A stretch of DNA of 64,000 nt, taken from Camelus ferus (Eukaryota). Under the pieces are notes generated by a model. The model was not told the origin of the DNA, did no database searches, and saw nothing but the letters and a program-made list of their open reading frames with translations. Of this stretch, positions 40,149 through 52,444 are shown piece after piece (within the stretch, counting starts at the first letter, position 1; every line of letters starts with the position of its first letter). Made by a program: the position numbers and the translations under genes. The stretch lies in assembly GCF_009834535.1 (NCBI RefSeq), contig NC_045697.1, positions 64,978,001 through 65,042,000 of the forward strand, written 5' to 3'.

Positions 40149-40773
40149 CAGTGGTTTTCAAATTCTTAGTCTCTGTACCCCTTTACGCTTTTAAAAAATA
40201 GTGAGAACTCAAAGATGACAGAAGTTGGCAAGCTATATATGGCCTGCAAGTCAGATACAGCCCCTCTCCTGTCTTTGTGAACAGGTATCATTTAAACAGA
40301 GCTACTTCCCTTTATTTTTGTATTATCTATGGCTGTTTTGTCTGTAATGGCAGAGTTGAGTAGTGTGACAGGTGCCATATGGCCTGCCAAGCCTAAACTA
40401 TTTACTATCTTGTCCTTTACAGAAATTGTCTACTAGCCTCTGGTTTATGTGGATTATAGCTGCTGATTTTTCCATATAAAAAATTAAGGCTTAGAAAATT
40501 TTATTTTTTTTTCTTTTTCAGTTTTATTATGTAGAATTACTACAGCTTGACTGAAAATCTTAAAATTGACAAATACACAAGGATACTTTCCACTGACCAT
40601 CAGAACTAATGATCATGCAGCTTTTGGGAAACCACTGTACATTCATGAGAAAATAAGAATGAAAAAAAGCAAATAATGTCTCAGTATTCTTATGAAATGG
40701 TTTTAATCTCCTGTGAGACTCTGAATGTGTACAAGTATGCAGGGGCGTCTCAGACTATATTTGAGAGCAGCTG
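40149..40773. mobile_element. Charlie1-family non-autonomous hAT element (MER119-like)
   Basis: Terminal inverted repeat (TIR)-like cagtggttttcaaa at 40149 and tttgagagcagctg ending at 40773; ends are similar to those of 46832-48252. Confidence 0.65.
40219..40442. mobile_element. MER58A-like hAT MITE, nested
   Basis: cagaagttggcaa ... tggcagagttgagtag ... aagcctaaactatttactatcttgtcctttacagaaa ... cctctg. Confidence 0.8.
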
Positions 40774-43700
40774 GAATAGTATATGGCAAGTAGTAGCTAT
40801 TCAGTCAATACTTAGATGAATGAGCAACAGCAACAAAAGAGAGCAAATATTTCTAATAGTGCCTTACAATTTACAAAGAACTTTTTATGTCCATTTCTAT
40901 TTGAGGAAAGTTTAAGGAGGCAGAAATATCAAAGAAAAGGGTTTTAGTATAGGAGATGTTAGAGCATGTTTTAGGTTGAGAAAGTTGGACCTATGGCCCA
41001 GTGAACATGATTAAGGATTTATGTAACAGAAAGAATTGATATAAAATGGCCCACATAAAAGCATCTTAAATGACTTAGCTGAATTTTTCATAGTGTAGAA
41101 AGTGATATAATAAAGTCCCACAGTTAAAAATATGATGTAATATTGTAATATGTGGGGGACTAGAAGAGAAATCTTAGGAATAGTGAAACACAAATCATTT
41201 TCAAAAGAAAATCTTCAAAGGAGGGTTGCTAGGGGAAATTTTACAATGGAAGACAGACTGCCTTCAAAAAAGTTAGGGAAGACTGTTCTCAGTTTTAGAG
41301 TCTTTATTGACTTACTCTGTATCTGTAACCTTCAGGTAAAATTTTTAAAACAGTTTAAATTTACTATCTGACCTTATGTATAAGAAAAACTAAAAATATA
41401 AAATTTCAAGAAGTTGTTTAAATTTATTTGGGGGGGAATCAGAAATGGCCAAAGAATATTTCAGCACTTCTTTTGTAATCTGAAGGTAATTTAAGAATTG
41501 CTTCTGGTATCTTGTTCACCAAGATACTTTGCCCTTCCATGCTCTATTCTGTGAAAGTAGGGGGATTTGGACTGGCATCTAGTTATTCTCATCACCCATG
41601 TAACTGCAATCAAATGCATTCTCCACTATCAGTTAACTACAGTCCAGTTGTTGTGGTTAAACAGTATGTGATAAATGTTTGAGTCACATGAATGAATTAG
41701 TCTTTTATTCAGGGTGTTTATGGAAAATGGCTTCTTTTATGTGTATTGCTTAACTATACACTGTATTCCTGGGGAAGATATCTAAATGCTGCACAGTATT
41801 CAACTATTTGATTCAAAGAATGTTTAAAAGGAAAATAGAGATCAGCAATTATGAGCCTAAGCCTATCTAGAAACAACTTGTTCTGGTATGCTCTTGAAAA
41901 CAAACACAAACGAACTTCAGTGAGCCATGCTGTTTTACCTCCTTCAGGATTATATTTACATTATCTGCACAGCAGGATGAGAAAGTAATCCCTGTGGAGA
42001 TATTAAGGAAATCATTTATTTTTCTGTTAGATACACAAATGTGTGACTGTGTATTTTACCATACATAATAGCTTTTAATTGGGGCACGTGAAAATTGAAT
42101 ATCACTACCATGTGTGACATGTGAATTATAATGTGATATTTGTAAATATTTTAGTAGTTACCATTTACCAGATGGAAGTAATGTGTGTTTTTGCAAGTCT
42201 GAAACATCTTTTTATGATAATAGTTTGTATCTGAGGTAATTTATTTTCTCTTTGCAATGTGGATTCAAGTTCTCTCCACTGTAAGTAGTATTCTAAGCTT
42301 TTAGCAAATCAAACAATCCTAAGTATGAATACACATCAAGATGAATGTTAAGAATTCATTTGACTAATGAATATTAAAGGGAAATGTTTTCTCTCAGCAT
42401 GTGCAGTATTTGAAATAAAAGAGCTGAACAAATTCTCCATGTGCATTTTTTCTCATCACATGTAATCTTGGAAAAATAACTCTAGAGGTGATCTTTCAAC
42501 ATGGAGGAAGTGACATTAAAGCCTATATTCTATTAAAGATGAAAGTTTATCCCCAAACATTGGAATGTTATTGCCTATTTTTAGGTGGTAAGTTAATGTA
42601 ATTCTCCGTTATCTGTATTTTGTGATCCAGAAGACATATTTTCTAGAAATTTCAGTTTCTGTGCAAGAAGCTTTCGTCCCCCTTTTCTTCTCTTTATGGG
42701 CTCCTTTCCTTTATTCCCAGACTTCTGTCACCTCTATCACCACTCTTTTAAAATACTATGGATTTTTAAAAATCAGTGTAAACTAGGCTTGGTATGAGTT
42801 CTTTGGTTACCAGTACCAGCAATAGAAATAAAGCATTATATTGTTCTGCTTGCCTTTTCTACTGATTGACTCAATAGGTTATGTTGGCTGGTACCCTGCA
42901 CATCATCAATTGGTATGTCTAAGAAAGCTATGGCAGACAAATTGTGAACCTTTCAAAAAAGCATGTGTAATTTAGCATTTCCTGATGCATGCTTGAAGAG
43001 CTGCTTGTCGGTGCTTTCAGTCATTTTAATGAGATATCTTAGTTTGATTTACAAATTTGCTAAACAGAACTTGATGTTGTTATGTTTAGATTTTGTTTCT
43101 TATTTTATAATGTATGTTTTGAGAGTCCTTGATGCTGTAAAAGAATAAAGACACTTCATCTTTCTCCTGATACTGAATCTGCAAACAAAATAGGAAAGGA
43201 GATAAAGCAGAATTAGAAATGACTTTACAGGTATCAAACAAGATTAAAAGGTTTCAAGTCTCTAGTATTGATCATAGTAAGGTGGATACACACACACACA
43301 CACACCCCGCAAACACACAACTCTGAAACAAAATTACATTTTCTTTTACTAATTGTTAACAGGATTATGGTTAAATCTGAGACTCAAGAAAGTATTCTAC
43401 TAGTATTTGAATCCATCTGAAGCCCTACATGAGAGTTTACAGTTTTAAAATGTCCCAGGGAAACACATATCTTTGCGCAATGTGATGGAATTAAAGTGCT
43501 ATGAACAGTTGCAAGAGAAGCTAAATGAAAGACACAAAATTTAAAAGGATATGCTATTTCATACGTAAATTGCTGGCATCCACTTTATAAATGGGAATTA
43601 GATTTGTAGTCTATAAAAATTCTTAGGTAACTGTGATTTACATTTTTCTGTTAGTTGCTACAGTTTAATATTTCTCCTAATGCGCTGAAATTTGTTTATG

Positions 43701-46700
43701 CTACTTTTTGAGTGCCTAACATGAAAATGTTATAAACAGGAATAGAGCAATGACATAATAGGTAGCTCAGCATCTTTGCAAGGGTGCAATAGTGAGAGCT
43801 TAAGGTATTTGGAATTAATAGCTTCTCTCTTTTCTAGGTGGCTGTTTGCCTAAAACAGAAGAATTGGTGGAATCAATTATGAATATTAAGTTAATATTAG
43901 ATTCTGTTATTCTTGGCATTAGATCTTAAGGAGCTCTATTTAGAGGAATGCTGCATAGGGTCAGTCAGGTATTGTTAGTGAAGAATAATTTAAAATCAGG
44001 ATGCCTAGTTTTTTCATTTCATTTCATTTCGTTTCATTTCACTTTAATCCTAGCAAACTCAATGATCTTTTACAAATCATTGACTTTGTGGTATCAGTCT
44101 GTTCCTGTCTGTGAAAATAATTAATTTCTGATCTTCTATATTGATACAAATTATTTCCTAAAAATTTATTATTTTCAAATTTTACTATACAAATAATAAT
44201 CTTTGTGCTTGTGAAAAATTTAGATGCCCAGCTGCCATACCAGAGATCTGAACTCAGTAAGTCTTGGGTAGATTCCAGGAATTTTCCCTTCTCGTTTGTA
44301 CTCCATGGCAGGTGGACCACATACCACACGTAACACATGTGGGTGGACCACATTTTTGTGCTACCTTAGGGGTTTGGCTAAGTCCTCACTTATTCCTAGA
44401 TTCCAACTGGAACAGTCTTTATGAAGCCAAAGATTAAATTAATTCTCCTAATAACAGAAGAAAAATATTACTTAAAGAGATACTCTTTAGATAAATATAA
44501 ATCTTTCCTTAGGGGGTTGAGTTGTGCTAAAAGCCTTCAGTGACCAACACCTTCATTGAATATGCACGTCCTCTCTTATTTTATTCTACAAAGCAAAATA
44601 ATTGATACTAAAGCCATGCAACCTAACAAGTAGTATCTCTTCGTGTGAAATTCAAGGAAATAGTTCAAAGAAAAGTTTGAAAATCTGTTGCTCCTACTGT
44701 AACATTTTTATATTTGAAAAACAATAAAAGTAATATTTTTGCTTTTCTTGGCACCCTGTTTCTCTAAATGAGTAACCTCTAAATAGATTACTTTTATTTG
44801 GTATAAGGCCTGAGATTCTGTTCTTCATAACTAGTCCAAATCGGACATGAACACTGAAGCACCCAAACAACTGGTTTGCCAACTAATCCTGATTCCAAGG
44901 TCTGCTCTTATCAAGTAGAATTAGGATATGGATGGTTTATATGGGTTGACACATGGTCAGCTTGTAATCTTCCTACCAACTCCTTTCCTCATTAATCTAG
45001 GCTGTACTTATTAATTGCTTTTCCCACATAATGGAACAAATTAATTGCAAAATTCTGATTCTACTAGAACTGTCAGGTAAACTTTGCTGAATTAAAACCA
45101 ACTGAAATTTTCCTATCAGGAATGTACTCACCCATTTCTCAAAATAAATAAACCTGCACATTTTAAAATATTGCCAAACATATAACTATTTCAACAGGCA
45201 CTATGTTTTTTTCAGAAATAATGATATAGCTGATGACCTGTGTTATTTTTCCACAGCTATAGTCTCACATATGCAGAAGTAGAGGTTAGGAGCTCATGTG
45301 GTGAGTTATGTATGTCATTCAATTAGCATCTGATATTATTAGGTTGTTTTATTTCCAGATCATAGGATTCATTACCCTATATTTAGAATGAAGATTGCTT
45401 TATAGGCACTTAAGTGTTAAATAATATTAGTGTACAAAAAGTGTAACATTCCAGATGCATTCTTTTTCTATGTAAGCAGATGCAGCATTATAAGTAAGTT
45501 GCATTTGGATGCCTGATTTCCCAGAGATATTCTCTATGGCAGTGTAGGTCAAGTGAAACCGAAAGGTTATTGCCCAAAGGGAAACACTTGTAGTTCTCAC
45601 TTCATTTTCATATCTTATCACTTACATAATATGGTACTTAAACAAACAAATGAATATATACATATATATAGTGCTTAAATGTTTTCCTTCAGCAATTTTG
45701 ACAACTGTTGAGTTTGCCTTTTAAGGAAATACATAAGAATATCACCTTTAATTTTATTTTCCTTTATCTTCTTTCTGTTATACAAGCTAAGGACAGTAAA
45801 GAAAAAGTCAAAGTGCAAATAAGCAGGGCTGCAGTAAATTGAATAAAGGTCTTTAGCTGACAATGATGAGATTCTTCTGGAGAAGTTGCCAAATTGCAAT
45901 GTTTGCAACTTTACAAAAACTCTTAGGAAAAACCTAGGGGTCATCTCACTAAATACCATGGTTGGGTTTTTAAGAAGGCTGTATCATGTTATGCTTGTGA
46001 ACTCATTATAGTAATATAGTCCAGGCTTTCTATAGGGATCATTAATAATGTGCTTTATAGGCTTGGCCCTACTGGACAAAAGTTCTAACTCTGCTTGCCC
46101 GCAGATTATTTGTTTTACTTAAAAGGACTTGAGGTACTTGAGACCATAAAAGATCTGAGGTATAGTAATAACAGAGAAAAGGTGGCACACCTGAAACACT
46201 CCTGGTCGAATACAAGGGTCCAAAATCCAGGAAGTAGCTTTTTACATAATACAGTGGTTACTTACATCATTCATAGTAATAAATGATATTTGCTGGATGC
46301 TAATCTCAAATAGTTTAGTTCTTTATAATGAAATTTCTCATGCTTAAATGAGAGAGTTTATTTACTTACATTGAGTCATAATTTAGAAATGTTACTAAAA
46401 TTTGGGAAGACAATATAATAAAACTCATTAGGTTGTAACTACCACTCAGTAATCTAGATCAATCATCCTATAGGAAAAAAAAAACCATGTGGACAGGTGC
46501 TGAGAAGTAGTATCTTCTGTGTTGGGCCAGAGGAGCCAACTAGAAGCAAGTGTGATCTGCAGACAAAGGGCAAACTGAAGCCAAGGCCTGGAGTCAAAAA
46601 ACTACATTTGACAGCAACATCAGGTCTCAGGGCAGTGAGCGATCTGGTAGAGGGGGACATTTAGAGCATATATGTTAGGAAAAGTGAAGCTATAGATAAG

Positions 46701-46831
46701 AAAGCAGAACTTGTAGGGATTAAAAACAAGTCAGGAAGTGGAGTATGACATCAGATAAAGCAAAGATTCATAAAGCCAGCCATAAGCTTCACGCGTCTAT
46801 CCATCTTGGTTAGCAGTTACATAGATTAGAG

Positions 46832-48252
46832 AAGCCTTTTTCAAACTTTTTGGAATCAGGAACGCTTTGCATTTATATAATTAGTAGAGGGCCCCACAAA
46901 GCTTTTGTCTGAATAGGTTATATCTATTCATGTCTGCTATATCAGAAAATTAAACTTATAAAATACTAAAATAGTTATTTATTTAAAATCATATTGTTAA
47001 AAAACAAATACATTGCACAAATAACATTTCTAGTGAAAATAACTAGTTTTCAAAACAAAAACAATTTCATGAGATGATACTGCTTTACATTTGTACAAGT
47101 CTATTTTATGTCCGTTTGAAGATTCTACATTCAATCCATTTCAATTTTTTTTTTCTGTTGAAGTATGAGGAAAATCTAGCCCCACACAGAGATGTAATTG
47201 GAAAAGGGAGTAGTATTTCAGTAGCCTTTCCAGATAATTGTGGATATATTTCTTTGATACTACACCATACTCAACAAATGGGAATTTCTCAAGTACTTGT
47301 TGCAATATGAAATCTTGAAATCATACCAGTGGACTTTTTTCTCTGCTAAATTATAATCCATATTGTGCTATTTATACAGGAATGAATTCATTATTTGGAA
47401 AATACACTGAGTTATACAGATTTCCCAAATGTTGATATATTTCATTATATAATATCAAAACATCACATTCATTAATATTACCACTGCTTTTCACCCAAAA
47501 ACTATGTAAGTATTAGGACCCTATCAAGTTTAGCATGGCAGGAACAAATTTTTCAAAGTTTTAATTTTGCTTTGAAATTCTCAATTTTATTTAAGTTAAC
47601 AGGTAATAAGGTTTATTTTCCTTGAAATGACAAGCTCATGTCATTCATTTTTGAGAAACTGTTTGTCAGATACCGAAATGTGAGTTACCAGTTTTTTTCT
47701 GTCAGTCATTCTTCCAAGTAAAGATGATGCTTGATGAAAGGACCTGACTAGTTCAGCTTGTATCTCAAACAGTTGTTCAGAGGCTTTATGCAAACTTCTC
47801 ATTTTGTCATATAAGACATTAAAAAGGTCCTCAAGAATTAAGATTCAATAACATTTGTATTTTTTTAACTGCCTTATCAAGGACATTCTTAAGTGAGACT
47901 GGATTTGCACATTAGTTTGCTCATTCACATTTACTCTATCTATCTGTCTGTCTGTCTATAATCTATCTATCTAGTTATTAACAGTGAATTTTTGGATATT
48001 CACTGCTAATAAGTAGATACATAGATTGCCACTAACTAGTACAGTCCAGTGTCACTGACTTACTAATTAAGTCTGAGGTACCAACAGTTTTACCCATCAT
48101 TGCTTTAACAGCATCACTGCAAATGTCATTACAATGAAAAAAGGAAAATAGTATCTCTGATAATATTATGAAAATAGTTTTGATTTCAGGGAACTCTGTA
48201 AAAAGGTCCTGGGGACTTCCAGGTACCTCATACCAAACTTTGAAAACCACTG
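46832..48252 (-). mobile_element. Charlie1a-like hAT DNA transposon derivative (about 1.4 kb)
   Basis: TIR-like ends (aagcctttttcaaacttttt / aaactttgaaaaccactg); 8-bp TSD gattagag 46824-46831 versus gtttagag 48253-48260. Confidence 0.8.
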
Positions 48253-49899
48253 GTTTAGAGGCAGTCTGATTGTTTTTAAAAATGCCATGTCTTGAATACC
48301 TTCTTATTCTCTGAATTTTTTTGTTTGTGTGGTGGCGGGAGCCGTGCTTTTCTTTCTCATTAGACAATCCCTCTTTGTAAACGTGACATGAAGGTAGAAA
48401 TTATTTTTCTTCTTTCCACCACATTTGGAGATGTAGACAAAACTTGGTAAATATATTGCCTGGCTCTCCACCCACTGCTTCTCCTCCCTGTCTTGTCTTC
48501 CCACCTCCTTTTTATAACCCCCGTCAGTTCAATGAATATCAAGTTCACACTGGCAGTAGTCACCTAAATGAACGAGAACTTCGTTGTTGTAGGTGTCTGT
48601 TTTTCTTTAAAGTTAATCCTTTTGACTGTTATCCTGGCTCTCTTTACATTTTCCAAACAAACTTGCTTTATCTTTCAGTTTTCATGCTATATTTGGATAA
48701 CATATATAGGCTTCACTCTAGTGTGTAGGAATTTAAGGAATGAATTTTTGCTTTATTAATTTGCTGCATAGTTACAACATTGGACAACATTTAAAATATC
48801 TAGATACCACCTTTTCATTTTCTTGCATTATTATCCTACCTTTTTGTCATCTGCCAATCCATGGCCATTTTAGGGAATGAAATGTTTTGCTAAATATATG
48901 TAAACTCTTACTACTTGTTTCAGAGCTGTGCTTTTAGCCATTATAAGGATCTCAAATAGACAGACTCTTCCTTTTCTACTGATGCTAATTATACTGCTTC
49001 CCTTGGAGCCTTGCTTAAATTTTTGTGTAGACACAACCAGGTCAAACGCTGCAAAATCTCAACCTCCAGCACTTCTGCTTCCGGCATTTCCCCATGACTC
49101 AGTCGTTCACACGTACTCATAGAATGGCAGGTCTCTGCTGCAGTTTTTCTCCTGGGTCAGTTCTCCATGCACACTCCCAGAGCTGCTGCATGATTTAGGG
49201 AACATCTTCCTGTTTATCATTGTCCATCCATTCTTTTTCCTTTCCTTTCTAATCCTCCTAGGCTGAATTTGTACATTTGTAAAATAAAACTGCATTACTT
49301 AAAAATATTTAATTCCCTGTTTTCAGTAACATAAAGTGATGCCTTCTACTTCAGATCTCTGTGATTTTAAGTGTAATTGTGTTCTTCTAAACATAGCTAT
49401 AGTAAGGAGTTTTTTCATATGAACTTTATAAGATACATCCCAACTCCTATTTAGCGCATTATCAGAAATAGAGTCATTTTCCAAGAAATGGCTGTTTTAT
49501 GGAATGGAATAAAATAAAATACTCTGTTTTATGACAGAGGGCCATCAAATGGTAAATGAAAGAACAGTGTTTCGATTAGTTGATCTTTTGAAATTAAAAT
49601 ACACGAATTCATTTATAAAAATTATCTAGTGATTTCTACCTTTTGGATACTATTAGCTTCATATGCACTAGTGCATTCAGTGTATGTTTGACAACTATAT
49701 GTCTTTAGGGAAGATCTTTTTTCCTTTGTATCAGTGGTCAAAGAATAAGGTAAATAAAACAAAGCTCATCACTTCTTATTTAACTTACTAGATTTTGCTC
49801 TTACTTGTCTTCTTGAAGTAATTTATCTGTGTTGTTTCTGAATGGTGGACATTATGATGTGCTACTGCTCATCTCTTCCCATTTCTGCATGTTTTCATT

Positions 49900-50034
49900 A
49901 ATAACATAAATAGCTTGAGGTCAGCCTCGGTGGAAGTATTTACACCACAGAAATGAACAGACAACTTCAAATCAGGATTGTTTTTTTCTCCCATCATGGA
50001 GAGTGAGTGTTAAATATTTGCCAGCACATAACTG
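49900..50034. mobile_element. MER63-like hAT-Blackjack fragment
   Basis: gtatttacaccacagaaat ... aaatcagg ... tgttaaatatttgccagcacataactg. Confidence 0.65.
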
Positions 50035-50558
50035 GTTTTAGGCCTGACTTAATCTACAGACATAAATTAGGCTGTCAGTTCTCTCTTCTCTCCCTTCCTA
50101 TTCCTTTCTCCTGCTACCCCTTCTTGACTTGCTTCCTCTACACACCTCTCTCTCTCTTTCCATCCTTTCTTATCTCACTCCGTTTATTGCATCTATTCCC
50201 TATGTATGTGTGGAACTTATTTCCTCCTACTAAAGACAGGCTTTCTTCATGTGGCAAGAGAAATGGAAGCAATGAACGATCATCCTTTGAGTTCCATTAT
50301 CCCAAAAGTAAAGCTCCTTCTTCAACTCCATTTTGCAAAATACATATCAGAATATTTGGAGTAGACTGTTATGAACCATATATCCACACCTGGAAAATTC
50401 CTTTAGCAAAGTTAAGGAGTAACTATGGTGATTTATTTGCATCATTGTCACCTAAGAGTTTAATTTAATGAAGAAGAGGGCTACTGGGATTTGGACTCAC
50501 AATGGAATCCTTCAATTTGGAAATATAGGATAGGTCCACAAAAGAAGTATTAGAGTAT

Positions 50559-50582
50559 TAGGTAGGTAGGTAGGTAGGTAGG

Positions 50583-50617
<35 letters not shown>
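50559..50617. repeat. Compound tetranucleotide STR (TAGG)6(TAGA)8
   Basis: Direct reading. Confidence 0.95.
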
Positions 50618-52065
50618 TCCCATTATGTTAGAAATAGGGTACATACTGCTTGAATTTCATAATTATGAATTCTTAATTGGGGGTTCTCATTCTATTTCTT
50701 TTTATTTGCTATACTTCCTCATTAAAATAATAAATAGATATAGATAGATAAATAAAATTAGCTCCCCAGCAGACATTGTCATCCAGTTGTTTTATCCATG
50801 CTTAACCCAACAGGAATATGAGGAGAAATGGGATTTAATTTATAATAGTGTTTTAAACCTTAAAAGATCAATGCATATAAAGTATTTAGTTCAGTGCCTA
50901 GTAATAGTTGTCAATAAATGTCGGCCATTGCTGTTATTACCACAGTTGTTATCATCAGTACTGTTTATTCATTTAAAAGAATGGGATACATGGAGGCTAT
51001 ATTTATATTTTGTTAAATGCATACATGTACCTATTTATGTATATATACACATATGCATATATAAATATGGAGTTATATGTTTGTAGATGCATATGTTTTT
51101 ATCTCAAATGAAGAAATCTGGATGGCTTTAAAGTTATGTGTAGGAATTATAGATTTTGGTAAACCTTTACTTTTTGTGTTTCACCCTTTTTGAACATTAT
51201 AATGAGTTTGGTTTCTTTTGGTGTAGAAATACACATACAGACTTTTTGGAAAAGAAATTGTTTCATATGCTTAAGTAATCTGTTTAGAAGTATCTCTATT
51301 TTACTATATTTAAAATATATAAAGTATTAGTTGTACCATAAAAATATTAATCATAGACACAAACACTGTTATACTTTTCTAGTTTAAATATTATTTAAAG
51401 CTAAACAATTTCTTTCAAATGTTTGCCAAACTTTAAATCTGAATTTGTTTTATTGTATCATCACAACTCCTTATAAAAATACCCCATATCGGTCTTGTTG
51501 GAAAATTGATTATTGTTTCCAAAAGAATCCTCAGTGCTTCAGTTTAGTAGAGGGGTAGAGTCATGGGAACAATGTGCTGGCACGACCAGACCACTGGGAA
51601 CTGAAGAACTAGTAGGCAGGTATTTTCTCTATTGTTCCCTGAGGCTACATAATCTCTTCATTGAGATTTGACTATTTAAATAGTCTTCTCTCATAGCTTC
51701 ACTTTGAAATGGATTTAGTCTTTTATGGTGGTAATGAAATATGAATTAGAGCTCAGTTAAAATGGCTTTAACCATTTAACTCTGCTATCGATAACTTTGT
51801 TCATCTGATGGATTGGCTTGTTGAGATGCATATTTTCAGAGCAGGGTATGTGTTTAAAACAGTTACTGTTAGAATGTACTTTAAGAAGTGGGCATACACA
51901 GAGCAGGTAAGAAGACTAAAAGAAAATGTAAACACATGTCTGATGATGCTTTATATAGAAATATATGAGTAAAAAGCTAGTTCTCCCCAAAACAGAATCA
52001 AAAGCACAAGAAAAATGAGAAAAAAAAAATCAGTTTAAATGCCATCAAATATCAAATTATCTAGC

Positions 52066-52444
52066 CCTCTCCCCCCAAATTTTGTATCTTGAAATCCTAA
52101 TACTCAGTACTTCAGAGCATGGCTTGTTTGGAAATAGGGCCTTTAAAGAGGCAATTATGTTTAAATGAAGCCATTACAGTGGGCCCTAATCCAGTTTGAC
52201 CTATCATCCTTATAAACTGAGGAAATTTGGACACACAGATATCAGAAGTGTGTGTAAGCTGAAGAAAGATTATGCGAGGACGCATCAAGAAAGTGGCCAC
52301 CTGCAAGGCAAGGAGAGTGGCCTTAGAAGACACCCAACATGCTGATACCATGCCCAGCCCCTAGAATTGTGAGAAATTAATTTCTGTTGTTTAAGTCATG
52401 CAGTATGGTACTCTGTTACAGCAGCTGTAGCTAAAGCTAATACA
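52066..52444 (+). mobile_element. MaLR solo LTR, MLT1B-like
   Basis: ttggaaatagggcctttaaagagg, gggccctaatcc, ggaaatttggacac, tttctgttgtttaag, terminal ctaataca. Confidence 0.85.

Noticed and set aside
46440..46800. Purine-rich segment, possibly an old LTR
   Set aside because: Could not be matched to a family with enough confidence to annotate.
50007..50468. 153-aa ORF, the longest in the track
   Set aside because: Non-ATG start, runs through a low-complexity CT-rich tract and probable old LTR sequence, and has no recognisable domain.
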